DNA of 64,000 nucleotides from Candidatus Latescibacterota bacterium (GTDB lineage Bacteria > Latescibacterota > UBA2968). The stretch covers positions 1,632,001 through 1,696,000 of the forward strand of contig OZ242311.1 of the NCBI GenBank assembly GCA_965207885.1, in the 5' to 3' direction. This document shows positions 29,427-40,470 of the stretch, one piece after another (position 1 is the stretch's first letter; every line of letters starts with the position of its first letter). Under the pieces are notes generated by a model that worked only from the letters and a program-made list of their open reading frames with translations, made no database searches and was not told the origin of the DNA. Both the position numbers and the translations under genes were made by a program.

Positions 29427-32132
29427 TTAATCTCCCTCTGAAAGCACCGCAAAATTTTCCCGCAACTTCGACAGTGTATCCCGATACTCGCGCTCGCGCT
29501 CGCGCTCTTTTGCCACGACCTCTGCGGGGGCATTATTCAAAAAACCCGCATTGCTCAACTTCTTCTCCAATCCGCTCAACGCCTTTTCCAATCCGCCAAT
29601 CTCCTTCTCCAACCTCTGACGTTCCACAGTGAGATCAATCACGCCGGCCAAAGGCACAAAAATTTCCACATCACCAACCACAGCACTCGCAGACGCTGCC
29701 GGGCGTTCTAAAGCCGCGCCAAGGGTCAAATTTTCAACGCGCCCCAACGCCTTCATATAGCCCTTAACAGACGTCAAAATCGCACGCGCCTCCTCTGAAT
29801 CCGTCTTACACACCACATCCACGAGCTTGCCCGGCGGAATACGCATTGTACCTCGAATATGGCGCACAGCACCCACCACATCCCGCATCAAAGCCATTTC
29901 TCGCTCCGCCGCTTTATCAAATTGCGTTTTGTCGCATTTGGGCCAGGGCGCAGCAATAAGTGCCTCGCCTTCTCGTGGAAAGGTCTGCCACAACGCCTCT
30001 GAAATAAAAGGCGCAACGGGATGCAACAGGCGCAGCGTGCCTTCAAACACGACACACAAAACCGACTGCGCGGTTTGACGGGCGCTTTGATCATCGCCAT
30101 ACAGGCGCACTTTCGCCATCTCCACATACCAATCGCAATACGCGCTCCACACAAAATCGTACAACGCGCGCGCCGCCTCGTCAAAGCGATACGCCTCCAA
30201 AGCCTCTGTAACCTGCAACACCGTGCGATTGTACAAACTCAAAATCCACCGATCAGAAAGATCCGTAATCGGCTCGGGGACCGTCTGCAATGCCACATCG
30301 CGTATGTCGCGATCGTCCAGATTCATTTGTACAAACCGCGCGGCATTCCAGATCTTGTTGCAAAAATTGCGGCACATTTCCGCAATGGGCGAATCTTGCA
30401 ACTTATTGTCCTTCACATCGGCATCAAACCGAATATCCTGCGAACTGCCGCATTGATAAAAAAGCGACAGGCGCGTGGCATCTGCGCCATAGCGGTCAAT
30501 CAATTCGCGCGGATCAATCCCCGTACCCAACGACTTGCTCATGCGCTTGCCATCGCGCGTTTGCACCGTGGGATGAACCAGCACCGTCCGAAACGGAATC
30601 TCGCCCACAAATTCAACAGCCGTCATAATCATCCGTATCACCCACAGATACAAAATATCCCGTCCCGTAATCATCAAATCCGTCGGATGAAACAGCTTCA
30701 AATCCTCCGTATCTTCGGGCCAACCCAGCGTTGCAAAAGGCCACAGCGCCGAGGAAAACCACGTATCGAGCACATCTGGGTCTTGCGTCAACTGCTGACT
30801 GCCACACTTTGTACACACTTCGGGCGGCTCTGCATTCACAATCACCGCACTACAATTTTCACACGTCCACACCGGAATGCGGTGTCCCCACCACAATTGC
30901 CTCGAAATACACCAGTCGCGGATATTCTCCAGCCATTCAATCGAATATTCTCGAAACCGATCCGGCACATAATCGATCTTTTTTTCTCGCATCAGGGGCA
31001 AAATTAAATCGGCCAAATCGCGCATCGCCACAAACCACTGCTCCATAGGCATCGGTTCAATCACCGTGCCACAGCGGTCGTGATGGGGCACCGCGTGGGT
31101 ATAATCCTCAATTTTTTCCATCAACCCCAGCTCGTCGAGTGCCTCAACCACCGCCTTGCGACACGCATACCGGTCCTGCCCAGCATAAACACCCGCATTC
31201 TCCGTCATCTCGCCACTCAGACCAATAACCGCGATTTCGGGCAAATCGTGACGCTGCCCTATCTCATAATCATTGGGATCGTGTCCCGGCGTCACCTTCA
31301 CCGCACCACTCCCCATTTCCGGATCGGCATAGTCATCTGCCACAATGGGAATGGGGCGGTCCATAAGCGGCAACATCACCATTTTACCCACGGCATTGCG
31401 CCATCGCGCATCGGATGGATGTACCGCCACCCCGGTATCGCCCAGCATGGTTTCTGGACGCGTTGTCGCCACAACCACATCGGGCGCGTCATCTATTCCT
31501 TTGTACCGAATATGCCACAGGTGGCTATGGACCTCTCTTTCTTCCACCTCGAGATCGGAAATCACAGTGCCACACTGCGGGCACCAGTTCACCATGCGTT
31601 TGCCCCGATAAATCCAGCCCTTCTCGTAAAAACGCACAAATGTTTCCAACACTGCCCGCACGTACTCCTCATCCATTGTAAATCGCTCGCGCGACCAGTC
31701 ATAACTACAGCCCAACTCGCGCAATTGTCGCAAAATTGTGCTGCCGTATTTTTCCCGCCAGGCCCATATCCGTCTCAACAAGTCTCTGCGCCCAATTTCG
31801 CGGCGCGTCTTTTTTTCGTTCTCCCAGATCTCTTGCTCCACCTTCATCTGCGTGCCAATACCCGCGTGATCTGTACCGGGCAAACACAGCGTGCGAAATC
31901 CCCGCATCCGCTTATACCGAATCACCGCGTCGTGAATCGCGTGCTGTAGCGCGTGTCCCATGTGCAACTCCCCCGTCACATTGGGCGGAGGAATCGTCAC
32001 CGTATAGGCAGGACCTGTCGCGCGAAACTCCGGGCGAAAATATCCCTTCCTGTGCCAAAAATCATACCACGTCTTTTCAATATCTTTTGGATCGTAGGCA
32101 CGCGCCAAAGCTTTATCCTTCATCGTCTCCAT
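29427..32132 (-). CDS. valS: Valine-tRNA ligase
   Basis: PPPNVTG.LHMGH, DWCISRQLWWGH, DTWFSS, RMSKS, C-terminal coiled coil. Confidence 0.98.
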   Translation of the reverse strand: METMKDKALARAYDPKDIEKTWYDFWHRKGYFRPEFRATGPAYTVTIPPPNVTGELHMGHALQHAIHDAVIRYKRMRGFRTLCLPGTDHAGIGTQMKVEQEIWENEKKTRREIGRRDLLRRIWAWREKYGSTILRQLRELGCSYDWSRERFTMDEEYVRAVLETFVRFYEKGWIYRGKRMVNWCPQCGTVISDLEVEEREVHSHLWHIRYKGIDDAPDVVVATTRPETMLGDTGVAVHPSDARWRNAVGKMVMLPLMDRPIPIVADDYADPEMGSGAVKVTPGHDPNDYEIGQRHDLPEIAVIGLSGEMTENAGVYAGQDRYACRKAVVEALDELGLMEKIEDYTHAVPHHDRCGTVIEPMPMEQWFVAMRDLADLILPLMREKKIDYVPDRFREYSIEWLENIRDWCISRQLWWGHRIPVWTCENCSAVIVNAEPPEVCTKCGSQQLTQDPDVLDTWFSSALWPFATLGWPEDTEDLKLFHPTDLMITGRDILYLWVIRMIMTAVEFVGEIPFRTVLVHPTVQTRDGKRMSKSLGTGIDPRELIDRYGADATRLSLFYQCGSSQDIRFDADVKDNKLQDSPIAEMCRNFCNKIWNAARFVQMNLDDRDIRDVALQTVPEPITDLSDRWILSLYNRTVLQVTEALEAYRFDEAARALYDFVWSAYCDWYVEMAKVRLYGDDQSARQTAQSVLCVVFEGTLRLLHPVAPFISEALWQTFPREGEALIAAPWPKCDKTQFDKAAEREMALMRDVVGAVRHIRGTMRIPPGKLVDVVCKTDSEEARAILTSVKGYMKALGRVENLTLGAALERPAASASAVVGDVEIFVPLAGVIDLTVERQRLEKEIGGLEKALSGLEKKLSNAGFLNNAPAEVVAKEREREREYRDTLSKLRENFAVLSEGD

Positions 32133-32145
32133 TACTCCTTCTCTC

Positions 32146-33645
32146 CTAAACTGAATAACTCCGCCACTCCTCATAAATCGTCCGCACAGATACTTTAATC
32201 ACCGCTGTTGTGGGCACGGCCAATAACATGCCAACTGCGCCAAACAACTCGCTGCCAACGAACACCGCAAAAATGACGAGCAGAGGATGCAAATTAACAC
32301 TGCGCCCAACCACCATAGGAGCGACAAAAACATTATCTACGAGTTGAACGATCGCAAACACTATAATCACTGGAATAACCACACCAAAACTCAGCGCAGA
32401 ATATTGCAATACAGCGGCAACAACACCGGCAATAATCCCAATCGCAGGTCCCATATAGGGAATTACATTGGCCAAACCAGCGAGAAGACCAATCACCAAA
32501 AAATGTTCCAGACCGATGATATAAAGTCCGGTACTTGACAGAATCGAAACAATTATTACAGATAACACCATACCGCGCATATAGCTCCCCAATTGCCTGT
32601 CAATGCGATACAACAGATTTAATATCAGTTCAAAATATCGATTTGGCACCTGCTCGATAATCGCACGCTTGATCGTTCTGCCCTCTGCTAAAAAAAAGAA
32701 TAAAGCAAAAGGCACAATGATGAACAAGGTAAGTCCCGATAGCAATTGCCCGACCAATCCGGGAGTTTCCTTAAGCAAAATTGTCACGACATTTTGCAGG
32801 TACTGATTCGCGGCCTGTATCCAATCGCGGCCCTTGAGCATTGGCAAAATTTCTTCGAGATAGGTCTGAGATGATTTCTGCCACGGCAGGAATGAAGTTT
32901 CATAAACAGACTTGAGTGCCATCAAAGAACTGAGCTTGTATTTGCCAAACGCATGTTTTGTCGCCGAGATTAAAATTTTAGATGTGCCAAATTGAACCGA
33001 AGCCATTGTATCCGAAGCCGATGGCACATCCTCCATATTCCCTCTAAGCGTCAACACAATAGAATCTTCCCGGCTGCCAGACGAACCGTACAACCTCAAA
33101 GACGCCTGGCGCAGTTCATCCGCTTGTGGAGAAAATACCACGCGCAGTGTATCTCGCCCACCGACCACTTTTGGGTTGGCCTGTAGGGCAGCGGATTCCG
33201 CGTCTCTCCCACCGGGTGTCAATTCCAAGGGCAAGCCATCGACCTTAAAATCTTCGAGTTCGCTCTCAAACCGATCAATCTTCACCACATCATCGCCCGT
33301 ATTTTCCACCACACAGTACCATGTGCCCTGCTCACCAATAATGCTCTTGACCATATCCTCTGTACCGCGCACAATCATAGGCGCGACCACAATAAGCGGA
33401 ATGACCACAATTGCAAAAACAGCCAGCAAGACGACAACCACGGCGACAAGACGATTTAAGCGGTGCGATTCGAGAAAATCAACCACGGGCATGAGAAAAT
33501 ACGACAGCACAAACGCAATAAAAAAAGGGACCAGCGTACTTCGAATCGTATATAACAACCAGATCATCACAACGATGAGGCCCAAAAAAATCACAATACG
33601 CAAAATCTGAGCAGTGCCCAGGCCGCCAGAAGAGGGTTCATTCAT
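32146..33645 (-). CDS. AI-2E (PerM-like) transporter with an inserted Ig-like domain
   Basis: PFFIAFVLSY...P, NVIPYMGP, QLVDN...P..VG..VNLHP, GMLLAVP; ~140-aa soluble insertion after the second hydrophobic block. Confidence 0.85.
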   Translation of the reverse strand: MNEPSSGGLGTAQILRIVIFLGLIVVMIWLLYTIRSTLVPFFIAFVLSYFLMPVVDFLESHRLNRLVAVVVVLLAVFAIVVIPLIVVAPMIVRGTEDMVKSIIGEQGTWYCVVENTGDDVVKIDRFESELEDFKVDGLPLELTPGGRDAESAALQANPKVVGGRDTLRVVFSPQADELRQASLRLYGSSGSREDSIVLTLRGNMEDVPSASDTMASVQFGTSKILISATKHAFGKYKLSSLMALKSVYETSFLPWQKSSQTYLEEILPMLKGRDWIQAANQYLQNVVTILLKETPGLVGQLLSGLTLFIIVPFALFFFLAEGRTIKRAIIEQVPNRYFELILNLLYRIDRQLGSYMRGMVLSVIIVSILSSTGLYIIGLEHFLVIGLLAGLANVIPYMGPAIGIIAGVVAAVLQYSALSFGVVIPVIIVFAIVQLVDNVFVAPMVVGRSVNLHPLLVIFAVFVGSELFGAVGMLLAVPTTAVIKVSVRTIYEEWRSYSV

Positions 33646-34175
33646 GACTCGTCTTCTCCGTCCTCTTTTTGTTTTGCCGCCAGTTCATCTCGGGCAACCT
33701 GCAAACTGTGATTGGTTTGCCGCAATCGCTCCGCGACAATCCGCGCGAGTTGAATGGCAATTTTTACCCCCAGATGCGGTCGCTGTTCTGCCAACTGGTG
33801 CAGTGCGTCTCGTGAGAAAAGTGCCAATTTGGTATCTTCTGTCGCCACTGCTGCCGCTGTTCTCGGCACACCTTCCAGAAGTGCTGTTTCACCAAAAAAG
33901 GAACCGGATTCAGATTGGGCAAGCAGCACTTTCTTGTCCTCTTCGCCATCCTTCTGAACTACCTCTACATACCCTTTTAACACCACGTAAACGCCGTCTC
34001 CCGGTGCACCCTGTTCAAAAACAACATCGCCTGTTGAATACTTGCGAATTTCTATAAGTTGCACCACTGCCTCCAGCTCTCGGCGGTTCAGTTCCCGAAA
34101 CAGTGGAATAGCGCGCAATTTGGGAAATAATGGCTTTTCGCGCTCCAACCAGCGCTGTAGAAGTCGATTCATCAC
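33642..34175 (-). CDS. Stand-alone cyclic-nucleotide-binding domain protein
   Basis: IPLF, VFEQG..GD..Y....G.V, FFGE.ALL...PRTA; no HTH domain. Confidence 0.9.
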   Translation of the reverse strand: MMNRLLQRWLEREKPLFPKLRAIPLFRELNRRELEAVVQLIEIRKYSTGDVVFEQGAPGDGVYVVLKGYVEVVQKDGEEDKKVLLAQSESGSFFGETALLEGVPRTAAAVATEDTKLALFSRDALHQLAEQRPHLGVKIAIQLARIVAERLRQTNHSLQVARDELAAKQKEDGEDES

Positions 34176-34180
34176 AAATC

Positions 34181-34966
34181 CTATATCTCTGCGCGATAAG
34201 GCACCGCAGGCTCTGCTGCCCTTAAGCGTTCAAAAAAATCCAGCGCCTTTGGACGATAGCGCGATTCGATGTGTTGATCAAAAAACGCGCGCAATATTCG
34301 CGTCACCTCTGCGCGGTTTACACCCCGCAAGAGGGAAAGATCAATGCGGTCGGGACGCCCCACTTGTAGATGCGCCATAAAATTTATCGCTTCGAACTGC
34401 ACGCGCATGCCCGCCCCTGCATGATTGTCACACAGAGTGCCGCCCAGGCCGGGGCTGAACCCCAGACGGTGTCCCTGGAGACGAGCACCACATTGAACAC
34501 ACCCACTCATATGGGGGCGATACCCCACCGCACTCGCAGCGCGAATTTGGAAATACCACACCGGTACATCCAGCGCTATTTCGGCAATGCTCCCCACCCA
34601 TTGCATCGCTTCAAGTACAATACTTAACAAAAGTGGATTGCGGTCTTCATCCTCTGTAATATAATCCAGAAATTCGCATATCGCGCTTCCGGCTGCCATC
34701 CGACCATAGTGTTGTTTTACCGGTTCAAAAGCGTGTGCAATATCGCCTTCGCTCAATATTTGCAACTCTCGATTATCCTGTCGATAAAAAACATAATGCC
34801 CCCACGTCATCGGTTCAAGACTCGCGCCAAATTTGCTTTTGGGGCGTCGCGCGCCTTTGGCTACCAGACGCAACTTGCCGTAATCGCGAGAAAACAGCAC
34901 CACAACCTTGCTGCTTTCACTCATGCGAAAACCGCGCAACACCAACCCATCGGTCTGACAAATCAC
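34181..34966 (-). CDS. recO: DNA repair protein RecO
   Basis: GLVLR...ESSK.V...S...GK...AKGARRPKSKF; CVQC...LC Zn motif. Confidence 0.93.
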   Translation of the reverse strand: MICQTDGLVLRGFRMSESSKVVVLFSRDYGKLRLVAKGARRPKSKFGASLEPMTWGHYVFYRQDNRELQILSEGDIAHAFEPVKQHYGRMAAGSAICEFLDYITEDEDRNPLLLSIVLEAMQWVGSIAEIALDVPVWYFQIRAASAVGYRPHMSGCVQCGARLQGHRLGFSPGLGGTLCDNHAGAGMRVQFEAINFMAHLQVGRPDRIDLSLLRGVNRAEVTRILRAFFDQHIESRYRPKALDFFERLRAAEPAVPYRAEI

Positions 34967-35331
34967 GGCGACTCCAATGCTGTTGGTGGATTGGGATAGA
35001 CCATGTAAATCGATTCATTGGGATACACCATGCCATAGCGCTCTCGAGCAATGCGTTCAATTTCACCCAGATTGTTTTCCAGCAATTTCACCTCGCGTTC
35101 CAGCATCGCATTCTGCTGGCGAATCGTTTCAATTTCCTGTTTTAATACGGCAATTTGCTGCTTGCGCATTATGAGCTGGAAAATCCCACTATCTCCCGCA
35201 AAAAACAAATAAAGGGAAAGCACCACGGGGGCAAATATCAAAAATCTATTCAGGCGTCGCCTTGCACTTCCCGGTAACACCGGACTGTTTTCCGGCAACA
35301 CCGTACTTTGTCCTCGATAAAATGAGCGCAT
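34963..35331 (-). CDS. Septum formation initiator (FtsB/DivIC family)
   Basis: One TM, coiled coil, IERIARERYGMV.PNE. Confidence 0.85.
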   Translation of the reverse strand: MRSFYRGQSTVLPENSPVLPGSARRRLNRFLIFAPVVLSLYLFFAGDSGIFQLIMRKQQIAVLKQEIETIRQQNAMLEREVKLLENNLGEIERIARERYGMVYPNESIYMVYPNPPTALESP

Positions 35332-35363
35332 AACACAATCTCCAAAGTCAGTTGTCGGTTTTT

Positions 35364-36521
35364 CTACCTCCGATTTAACACCACCATATCATCCCGATGG
35401 ATAACCACCGCGCCATTGTTGATCCCGAGAATTTCTGCAACTTCTGGCGTTTTTTTCCCGCGAATACGCCGCACATCATCGGCGTCAAATCTCGTTAATC
35501 CGCGCGCGACCTCGACGCGTTGTTTTGATTCAACACCGATGAGTTCACCAACTTCAAAATCGCCAATAACGCGGATAATACCCGAAGGCAACAAACTTTT
35601 GCCACCATCGCTCAAAGCAACCACTGCGCCATCATCTACGACCACACCCCCTCGCTTTCGGGAATGCGCCAACCACAAATCTCTGCTGTTCAAACTGCGA
35701 TTATCCGCCACAAATAACGTGCCGCAATCTGCCCCATCCAGAATTTCGCGCAAACCGTTTATACATCCATTTGCAATTACTGCCATCTGCCCACCTTGCA
35801 TCACGGCCTCGGCTGCCCTGAGTTTTGTGCGCATTCCCCCACGTCCCAGCACACTCCCCGAAGACCCCACAGTTGCGTAGAGTTCTTCGGGCATCCCATG
35901 CACAGACCGAACCAATTGCGCGTTTGGGTCTTTTGAGGGATCACTTGAAAACAACCCATCGACATCGGTCAACAACACCAGCATGTCCGCATCCACCAGA
36001 TGCGACACCATTGCGGACAGGCGGTCATTTTCGCCCACAGACAATTGCAATTCTTCCACCGCCACGCTGTCGTTCTCATTGACAACAGGCACAACACCAT
36101 ACCGAAACAATTGGTCCAATGTATTGCGTGCATTCACATATCGCGTGCGATTGTCCAGATCATCCGATGTCAACAGCACCTGCCCCACCAAAATACCGTG
36201 TGCTTCAAATGCCCTTTTGTAAGCATCCATCACCAATCCCTGCCCCACCGCAGCCGTAGCTTGCAAATCAGCCAAACGCCTCGGCCGATTATTCAACTCC
36301 AATTGCCCCATGCCAGCACCAACGGCTCCGGATGTCACAATTGCCACCTGTAAACCGCGATCTCTCAAACGCGCCACATCGGCAGCCAGACGGTCAATCA
36401 CCGCGAGATTCAGTGTGTTGCCATGTGCCGTCACCACCCGCGTGCCCAATTTTACCACTACCCGCTGTATATCGGCGAATAAGGCTTTGCGATCAATTTC
36501 GTGTTCTTTTGTCCCACTCAT
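35364..36521 (-). CDS. proB: Glutamate 5-kinase
   Basis: VVKLGT, VTSGAVGAG, AAVGQ, NENDSV, GGM.TK, C-terminal PUA domain. Confidence 0.97.
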   Translation of the reverse strand: MSGTKEHEIDRKALFADIQRVVVKLGTRVVTAHGNTLNLAVIDRLAADVARLRDRGLQVAIVTSGAVGAGMGQLELNNRPRRLADLQATAAVGQGLVMDAYKRAFEAHGILVGQVLLTSDDLDNRTRYVNARNTLDQLFRYGVVPVVNENDSVAVEELQLSVGENDRLSAMVSHLVDADMLVLLTDVDGLFSSDPSKDPNAQLVRSVHGMPEELYATVGSSGSVLGRGGMRTKLRAAEAVMQGGQMAVIANGCINGLREILDGADCGTLFVADNRSLNSRDLWLAHSRKRGGVVVDDGAVVALSDGGKSLLPSGIIRVIGDFEVGELIGVESKQRVEVARGLTRFDADDVRRIRGKKTPEVAEILGINNGAVVIHRDDMVVLNRR

Positions 36522-37315
36522 GTCAAATCAATTTCGATTTTGGGGCGCACTGGTACCCCGCGTTCTGCGAGATAGGTTTTGACTTCCCCAATACTGTATT
36601 GATTGTAGTGAAAAATCGACGCAGCCAGTGCCGCGCTTGCCTTGCCTTCGGACAACACCGCGTACATATCCTCTGGCCCACCAGCACCACCAGACGCTAC
36701 AATCGGTACATCCACACGCTCGGCAACCCTGCGGTTCAATTCAATATCGTATCCATCTTTTGTACCGTCTGCATCAATACTGTTCAAAACCAGTTCGCCC
36801 GCGCCGAGATCTACCAGTTCCTCAGCCCATTCGAGGGCATCTCGCCCAGTATATGTGCGCCCGCCATTGATAACCACTTCCCAACGCCCATCCTCTATTT
36901 GATCGAGATTCGGTTGTCGAATTGCGTCAATTGACCCCACAATTGCCTGCGACCCAAAACTCTCAGCCCCCTGCGTAATAATTTCAGGCGTGTGTATGGC
37001 AGCCGAATTGATCGACGCTTTTTCTGCGCCCCCTTCGATAATAGTGCGAATATCATAATACGTGCGAACGCCCCCGCCAACCGTAAAGGGAATAAACACC
37101 TCTTCGGACACGCGCCGCACGAGTTTGCCGACAATATCGCGCTTCTCCGCCGATGCCGTAATATCGTAAAACACCAGTTCATCGGCACCTTCTGCATCAT
37201 AGCGTTTCGCGAGTTCAATGGGGTCGCCAGCGTCTTTATCGGCTGAAAACTTGACTCCGCGCACATTGCGACCGTTTTTCACATCCAGACACGGAATAAT
37301 TCGCCTGGCCAGCAT
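36518..37315 (-). CDS. hisF: Imidazole glycerol phosphate synthase, cyclase subunit
   Basis: [42 protein letters not shown]. Confidence 0.97.
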   Translation of the reverse strand: MLARRIIPCLDVKNGRNVRGVKFSADKDAGDPIELAKRYDAEGADELVFYDITASAEKRDIVGKLVRRVSEEVFIPFTVGGGVRTYYDIRTIIEGGAEKASINSAAIHTPEIITQGAESFGSQAIVGSIDAIRQPNLDQIEDGRWEVVINGGRTYTGRDALEWAEELVDLGAGELVLNSIDADGTKDGYDIELNRRVAERVDVPIVASGGAGGPEDMYAVLSEGKASAALAASIFHYNQYSIGEVKTYLAERGVPVRPKIEIDLT

Positions 37316-37316
37316 T

Positions 37317-37919
37317 CTACACCTTCTCCGCAAAATTCTTCAAAATTTTCAAACCCGCATCCTGACTTTTCTCGGGGTGAAACTGCACGCCAAAAGCCCG
37401 ATCATTTCCGGCAATTGACGCATAATCAATCCCGTAATCCGTCACCCCGACCACATCTTCATCGCGCTCAGACACCACAAAAAAAGAATGGACAAAATAA
37501 AAATAAGACCTGTCGGGCACGCCATCTAAAAGCGCTGTCTCGCGCTGAATTTGCACCTCATTCCACCCAATCTGCGGAACGCGCTGCCCTTCGGGAAAAC
37601 GCTTCACTTTTCCCGGCAAAATATCCAATCCCTTATGCCGCCCCATTTCTTCACTCTCGGCAAACATCAATTGCAATCCCAAACAAATGCCCAAAAAGGG
37701 TCGGCCTTCTGAAATAGCCCTTATAATGGGCGCGATCAATCCCGCTGTTCTCAAATTGTTCATCGCATCGCCAAATGCACCCACGCCGGGAAGCACAACG
37801 CGCTCGGCCGCGTCGATATCCTCGGGTCTATCGACAATAACAGCCTTTGCCCCAACGTGTTCAAACGCCTTTTGAACACTTCGCAAATTCCCCATCCCGT
37901 AATCGACAACCGCAATCAT
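37317..37919 (-). CDS. hisH: Imidazole glycerol phosphate synthase, glutaminase subunit
   Basis: DYGMGNL.SV, LPGVGAF, GICLG, YFVHS, QFHPEKS. Confidence 0.97.
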   Translation of the reverse strand: MIAVVDYGMGNLRSVQKAFEHVGAKAVIVDRPEDIDAAERVVLPGVGAFGDAMNNLRTAGLIAPIIRAISEGRPFLGICLGLQLMFAESEEMGRHKGLDILPGKVKRFPEGQRVPQIGWNEVQIQRETALLDGVPDRSYFYFVHSFFVVSERDEDVVGVTDYGIDYASIAGNDRAFGVQFHPEKSQDAGLKILKNFAEKV

Positions 37920-37920
37920 C

Positions 37921-38727
37921 TCATTCTCCCAACACACTTGATCGTTCTGTCGCAGCCAAAACAGCATCCATCAAAGCAGCGCGCAAACCGCCCTGTTCCA
38001 GCGCGTGCAAACCCGCAATCGTCGTTCCGCCCGCCGACGTCACCTGATCTTTCAAAATTGCCGGATGATCGCCGCTCTCGGCAACCATACGCGCAGCTCC
38101 CAGCACAGTCTGTGTCGCCAGTGTCAACGCCATATCTTTTGACAAACCAGACCGCACCCCGCCATCTGCCAGCGCGTCAATTACCGCGTACACATAGGCA
38201 GGTCCACTGCCCGCGAGTCCAGTCACCGCATCCATCTGTGATTCTGAAACAACGACCGCTGCACCAACCGCATTGAACAGAGACAGCGCCAGACTCAGAT
38301 GATCCTCACCCACATGTGCGCCAGCACATATTCCCGAACCCGCCGCACCGACCTGCGCCAGCACATTGGGCATCGCGCGAATAACGGGCAGAGAACCCAA
38401 TTCCGCTTCCAATGCCGCAATACGCACACCCGCCATGAAGGAAATAATCACCTGATCACCGTGCAACAAATCCCGAAAGCCCACAACGGTTTGCTTCCAG
38501 AACTGGGGCTTCACACCCAACACCACAATATCCTGATGGCCCACCACTTCGCGCGCATCTCCTGCAACCTGGACACCCAACTCGCGCCTTCTCTGATCCA
38601 ACACCTCAGCAATCAGATCCACCGCCGTGATATTTTCAGGCGCGATCTCTCCCGACCGAATCCAACCGGCCATCAGCGCGCCTCCCATATTGCCTGCACC
38701 AATAACAGCGATTTTTTTATTTTTCAT
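37921..38727 (-). CDS. proC: Pyrroline-5-carboxylate reductase
   Basis: IGAGNMG, VKPQ, RAMPN, GSGPAY, VTSAGGTT. Confidence 0.96.
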   Translation of the reverse strand: MKNKKIAVIGAGNMGGALMAGWIRSGEIAPENITAVDLIAEVLDQRRRELGVQVAGDAREVVGHQDIVVLGVKPQFWKQTVVGFRDLLHGDQVIISFMAGVRIAALEAELGSLPVIRAMPNVLAQVGAAGSGICAGAHVGEDHLSLALSLFNAVGAAVVVSESQMDAVTGLAGSGPAYVYAVIDALADGGVRSGLSKDMALTLATQTVLGAARMVAESGDHPAILKDQVTSAGGTTIAGLHALEQGGLRAALMDAVLAATERSSVLGE

Positions 38728-38748
38728 AGCAATCAGCTTTTTTTTACC

Positions 38749-39672
38749 TCATAAAACATACGTCAACCAGCCGCGCTTATCTTCCGCACGACCTTCCACA
38801 ACAGCAAAAAAGGCGTCCTGCAACTTCTTTGTGATCTCACCTCGAGAACCACAGCCGATATTGATATGATCAATAGCCGTAATCGGCGTGATCTCTGCCG
38901 CGCTACCCGTAAAAAATACCTCATCGGCAATATACAGGGACTCTCTTGGAATCGGTCGCGCCGTTACCGTATGTCCCAAATCTCGGGCAAGTGTAATAAC
39001 CGAATGTCGCGTAATACCGGGCAAAATAGACGACCCGGTAGAGGGCGTGTAAATCTGCCCATTCTTCGCCATAAAAATATTCTCGCCGCTACCTTCGCTC
39101 ACATAACCCTGTGTATCCAGGGCAATGCCCTCGGCATATCCATCGGCCATCGCCTCCATCTTGATCAATTGTGCGTTCATATAATTTGCCGCCACCTTGG
39201 CCAGCGAAGGCATGGTATTGGGCGCCAGGCGATTCCACGACGCAAACCGAACCGACACGCCTTTTTCCAGAGCTTCTGGACCCAGGTACTTACCCCATTC
39301 CCACACCGCGATCACCACCTCAACCGGACAGGGCATTGGATTGACAGCCAATTCGCCAAAACCCCGAAAAACCACGGGCCTGACATAACACGCCTGCAAG
39401 TTATTAATGCGAATCGTCTCCAAAATGGCCGCTTCCAGTTCATCTTGTGTATAGGGAATTTCCATGCGATAAATTTTGGCCGAATCGTAAAGCCTTTTCA
39501 CATGATCTCTCAGCCTGAAACAGGCCGGTCCTCTTTCGGTATGATAACACCGTATCCCCTCAAAAACACTCGAACCGTAATGCACCACATGGGACAGCAC
39601 GTGAATTTTGGCATCGTCCCAACCCACAAAATTCCCATTAAACCAGATCTTATCTGACTTTGGAATGGGCAT
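38749..39672 (-). CDS. ilvE: Branched-chain amino acid aminotransferase
   Basis: [17 protein letters not shown]...[25 protein letters not shown]. Confidence 0.96.
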   Translation of the reverse strand: MPIPKSDKIWFNGNFVGWDDAKIHVLSHVVHYGSSVFEGIRCYHTERGPACFRLRDHVKRLYDSAKIYRMEIPYTQDELEAAILETIRINNLQACYVRPVVFRGFGELAVNPMPCPVEVVIAVWEWGKYLGPEALEKGVSVRFASWNRLAPNTMPSLAKVAANYMNAQLIKMEAMADGYAEGIALDTQGYVSEGSGENIFMAKNGQIYTPSTGSSILPGITRHSVITLARDLGHTVTARPIPRESLYIADEVFFTGSAAEITPITAIDHINIGCGSRGEITKKLQDAFFAVVEGRAEDKRGWLTYVL

Positions 39673-39693
39673 AACAAATCCCTTTCTATAAAA

Positions 39694-40470
39694 CTATCGC
39701 ACAGCCAATGCGCGGCAAATCCGTTCAAATCCATCTATCGATATGGTTTCGGGACGCGCGCGACCATCGATATTCGCCTCTATCAAAATCTCATCATCTA
39801 CCACACCAGATAGCGCGTTGCGCACCATTTTCCTCCGCTGCTGAAATGCGGCGCGCACCACGCCAAACAAACGCCTTTCATCTGCAATATCATAAGCAGA
39901 ATTTGCTTCAAAATCCAGCACCAACACAGAAGAATGCACTTTGGGTCGCGGATAAAAATGCGCGGGAGGCAGATCAAACAACCGTTTTGCGACACACCGC
40001 ACCTGTGTAACAACCGACAACACGCCATATATTTTGCTGCCCGGCGGCGCGATCATGCGTTGTCCCACCTCGCGCTGCACTGTAATCACAGCGCGTTTCC
40101 AAACCCTTCGAGCATCTGTAATTTGCCTGATAAGCGCGCCCGTAATATGATAGGGCAAATTGCCCACCAAAATCGCCTTTTCACTTTTTGACGTTTCAAC
40201 AAGCGCGGGCAAATTGACCTGCCGCACATCGTCTGATACAATTTTTAACCGCGAACCAAACCGATCCGAAAGCAGATCACACAACGCCCCATCAATCTCA
40301 ATAGCGACCACCTGACCTGCCCGCTCAACCAAAAGGTCCGTCAACGCACCTCGTCCAGGACCAATTTCTACGACCAGATCTTCTTTTTCAACCTGTGCGG
40401 CCTCTACGATTCGCTCGATAGATGCGCCATCTGTGAGAAAATGTTGGCCCAGCCGCGTCTTTGTTTTCAC
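39694..40470 (-). CDS. rsmA: 16S rRNA dimethyladenosine transferase
   Basis: LGQHFL, EIGPG.G.LT, GNLPY, QREV, F.P.PKV.S, F.QRRK. Confidence 0.95.
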   Translation of the reverse strand: MKTKTRLGQHFLTDGASIERIVEAAQVEKEDLVVEIGPGRGALTDLLVERAGQVVAIEIDGALCDLLSDRFGSRLKIVSDDVRQVNLPALVETSKSEKAILVGNLPYHITGALIRQITDARRVWKRAVITVQREVGQRMIAPPGSKIYGVLSVVTQVRCVAKRLFDLPPAHFYPRPKVHSSVLVLDFEANSAYDIADERRLFGVVRAAFQQRRKMVRNALSGVVDDEILIEANIDGRARPETISIDGFERICRALAVR

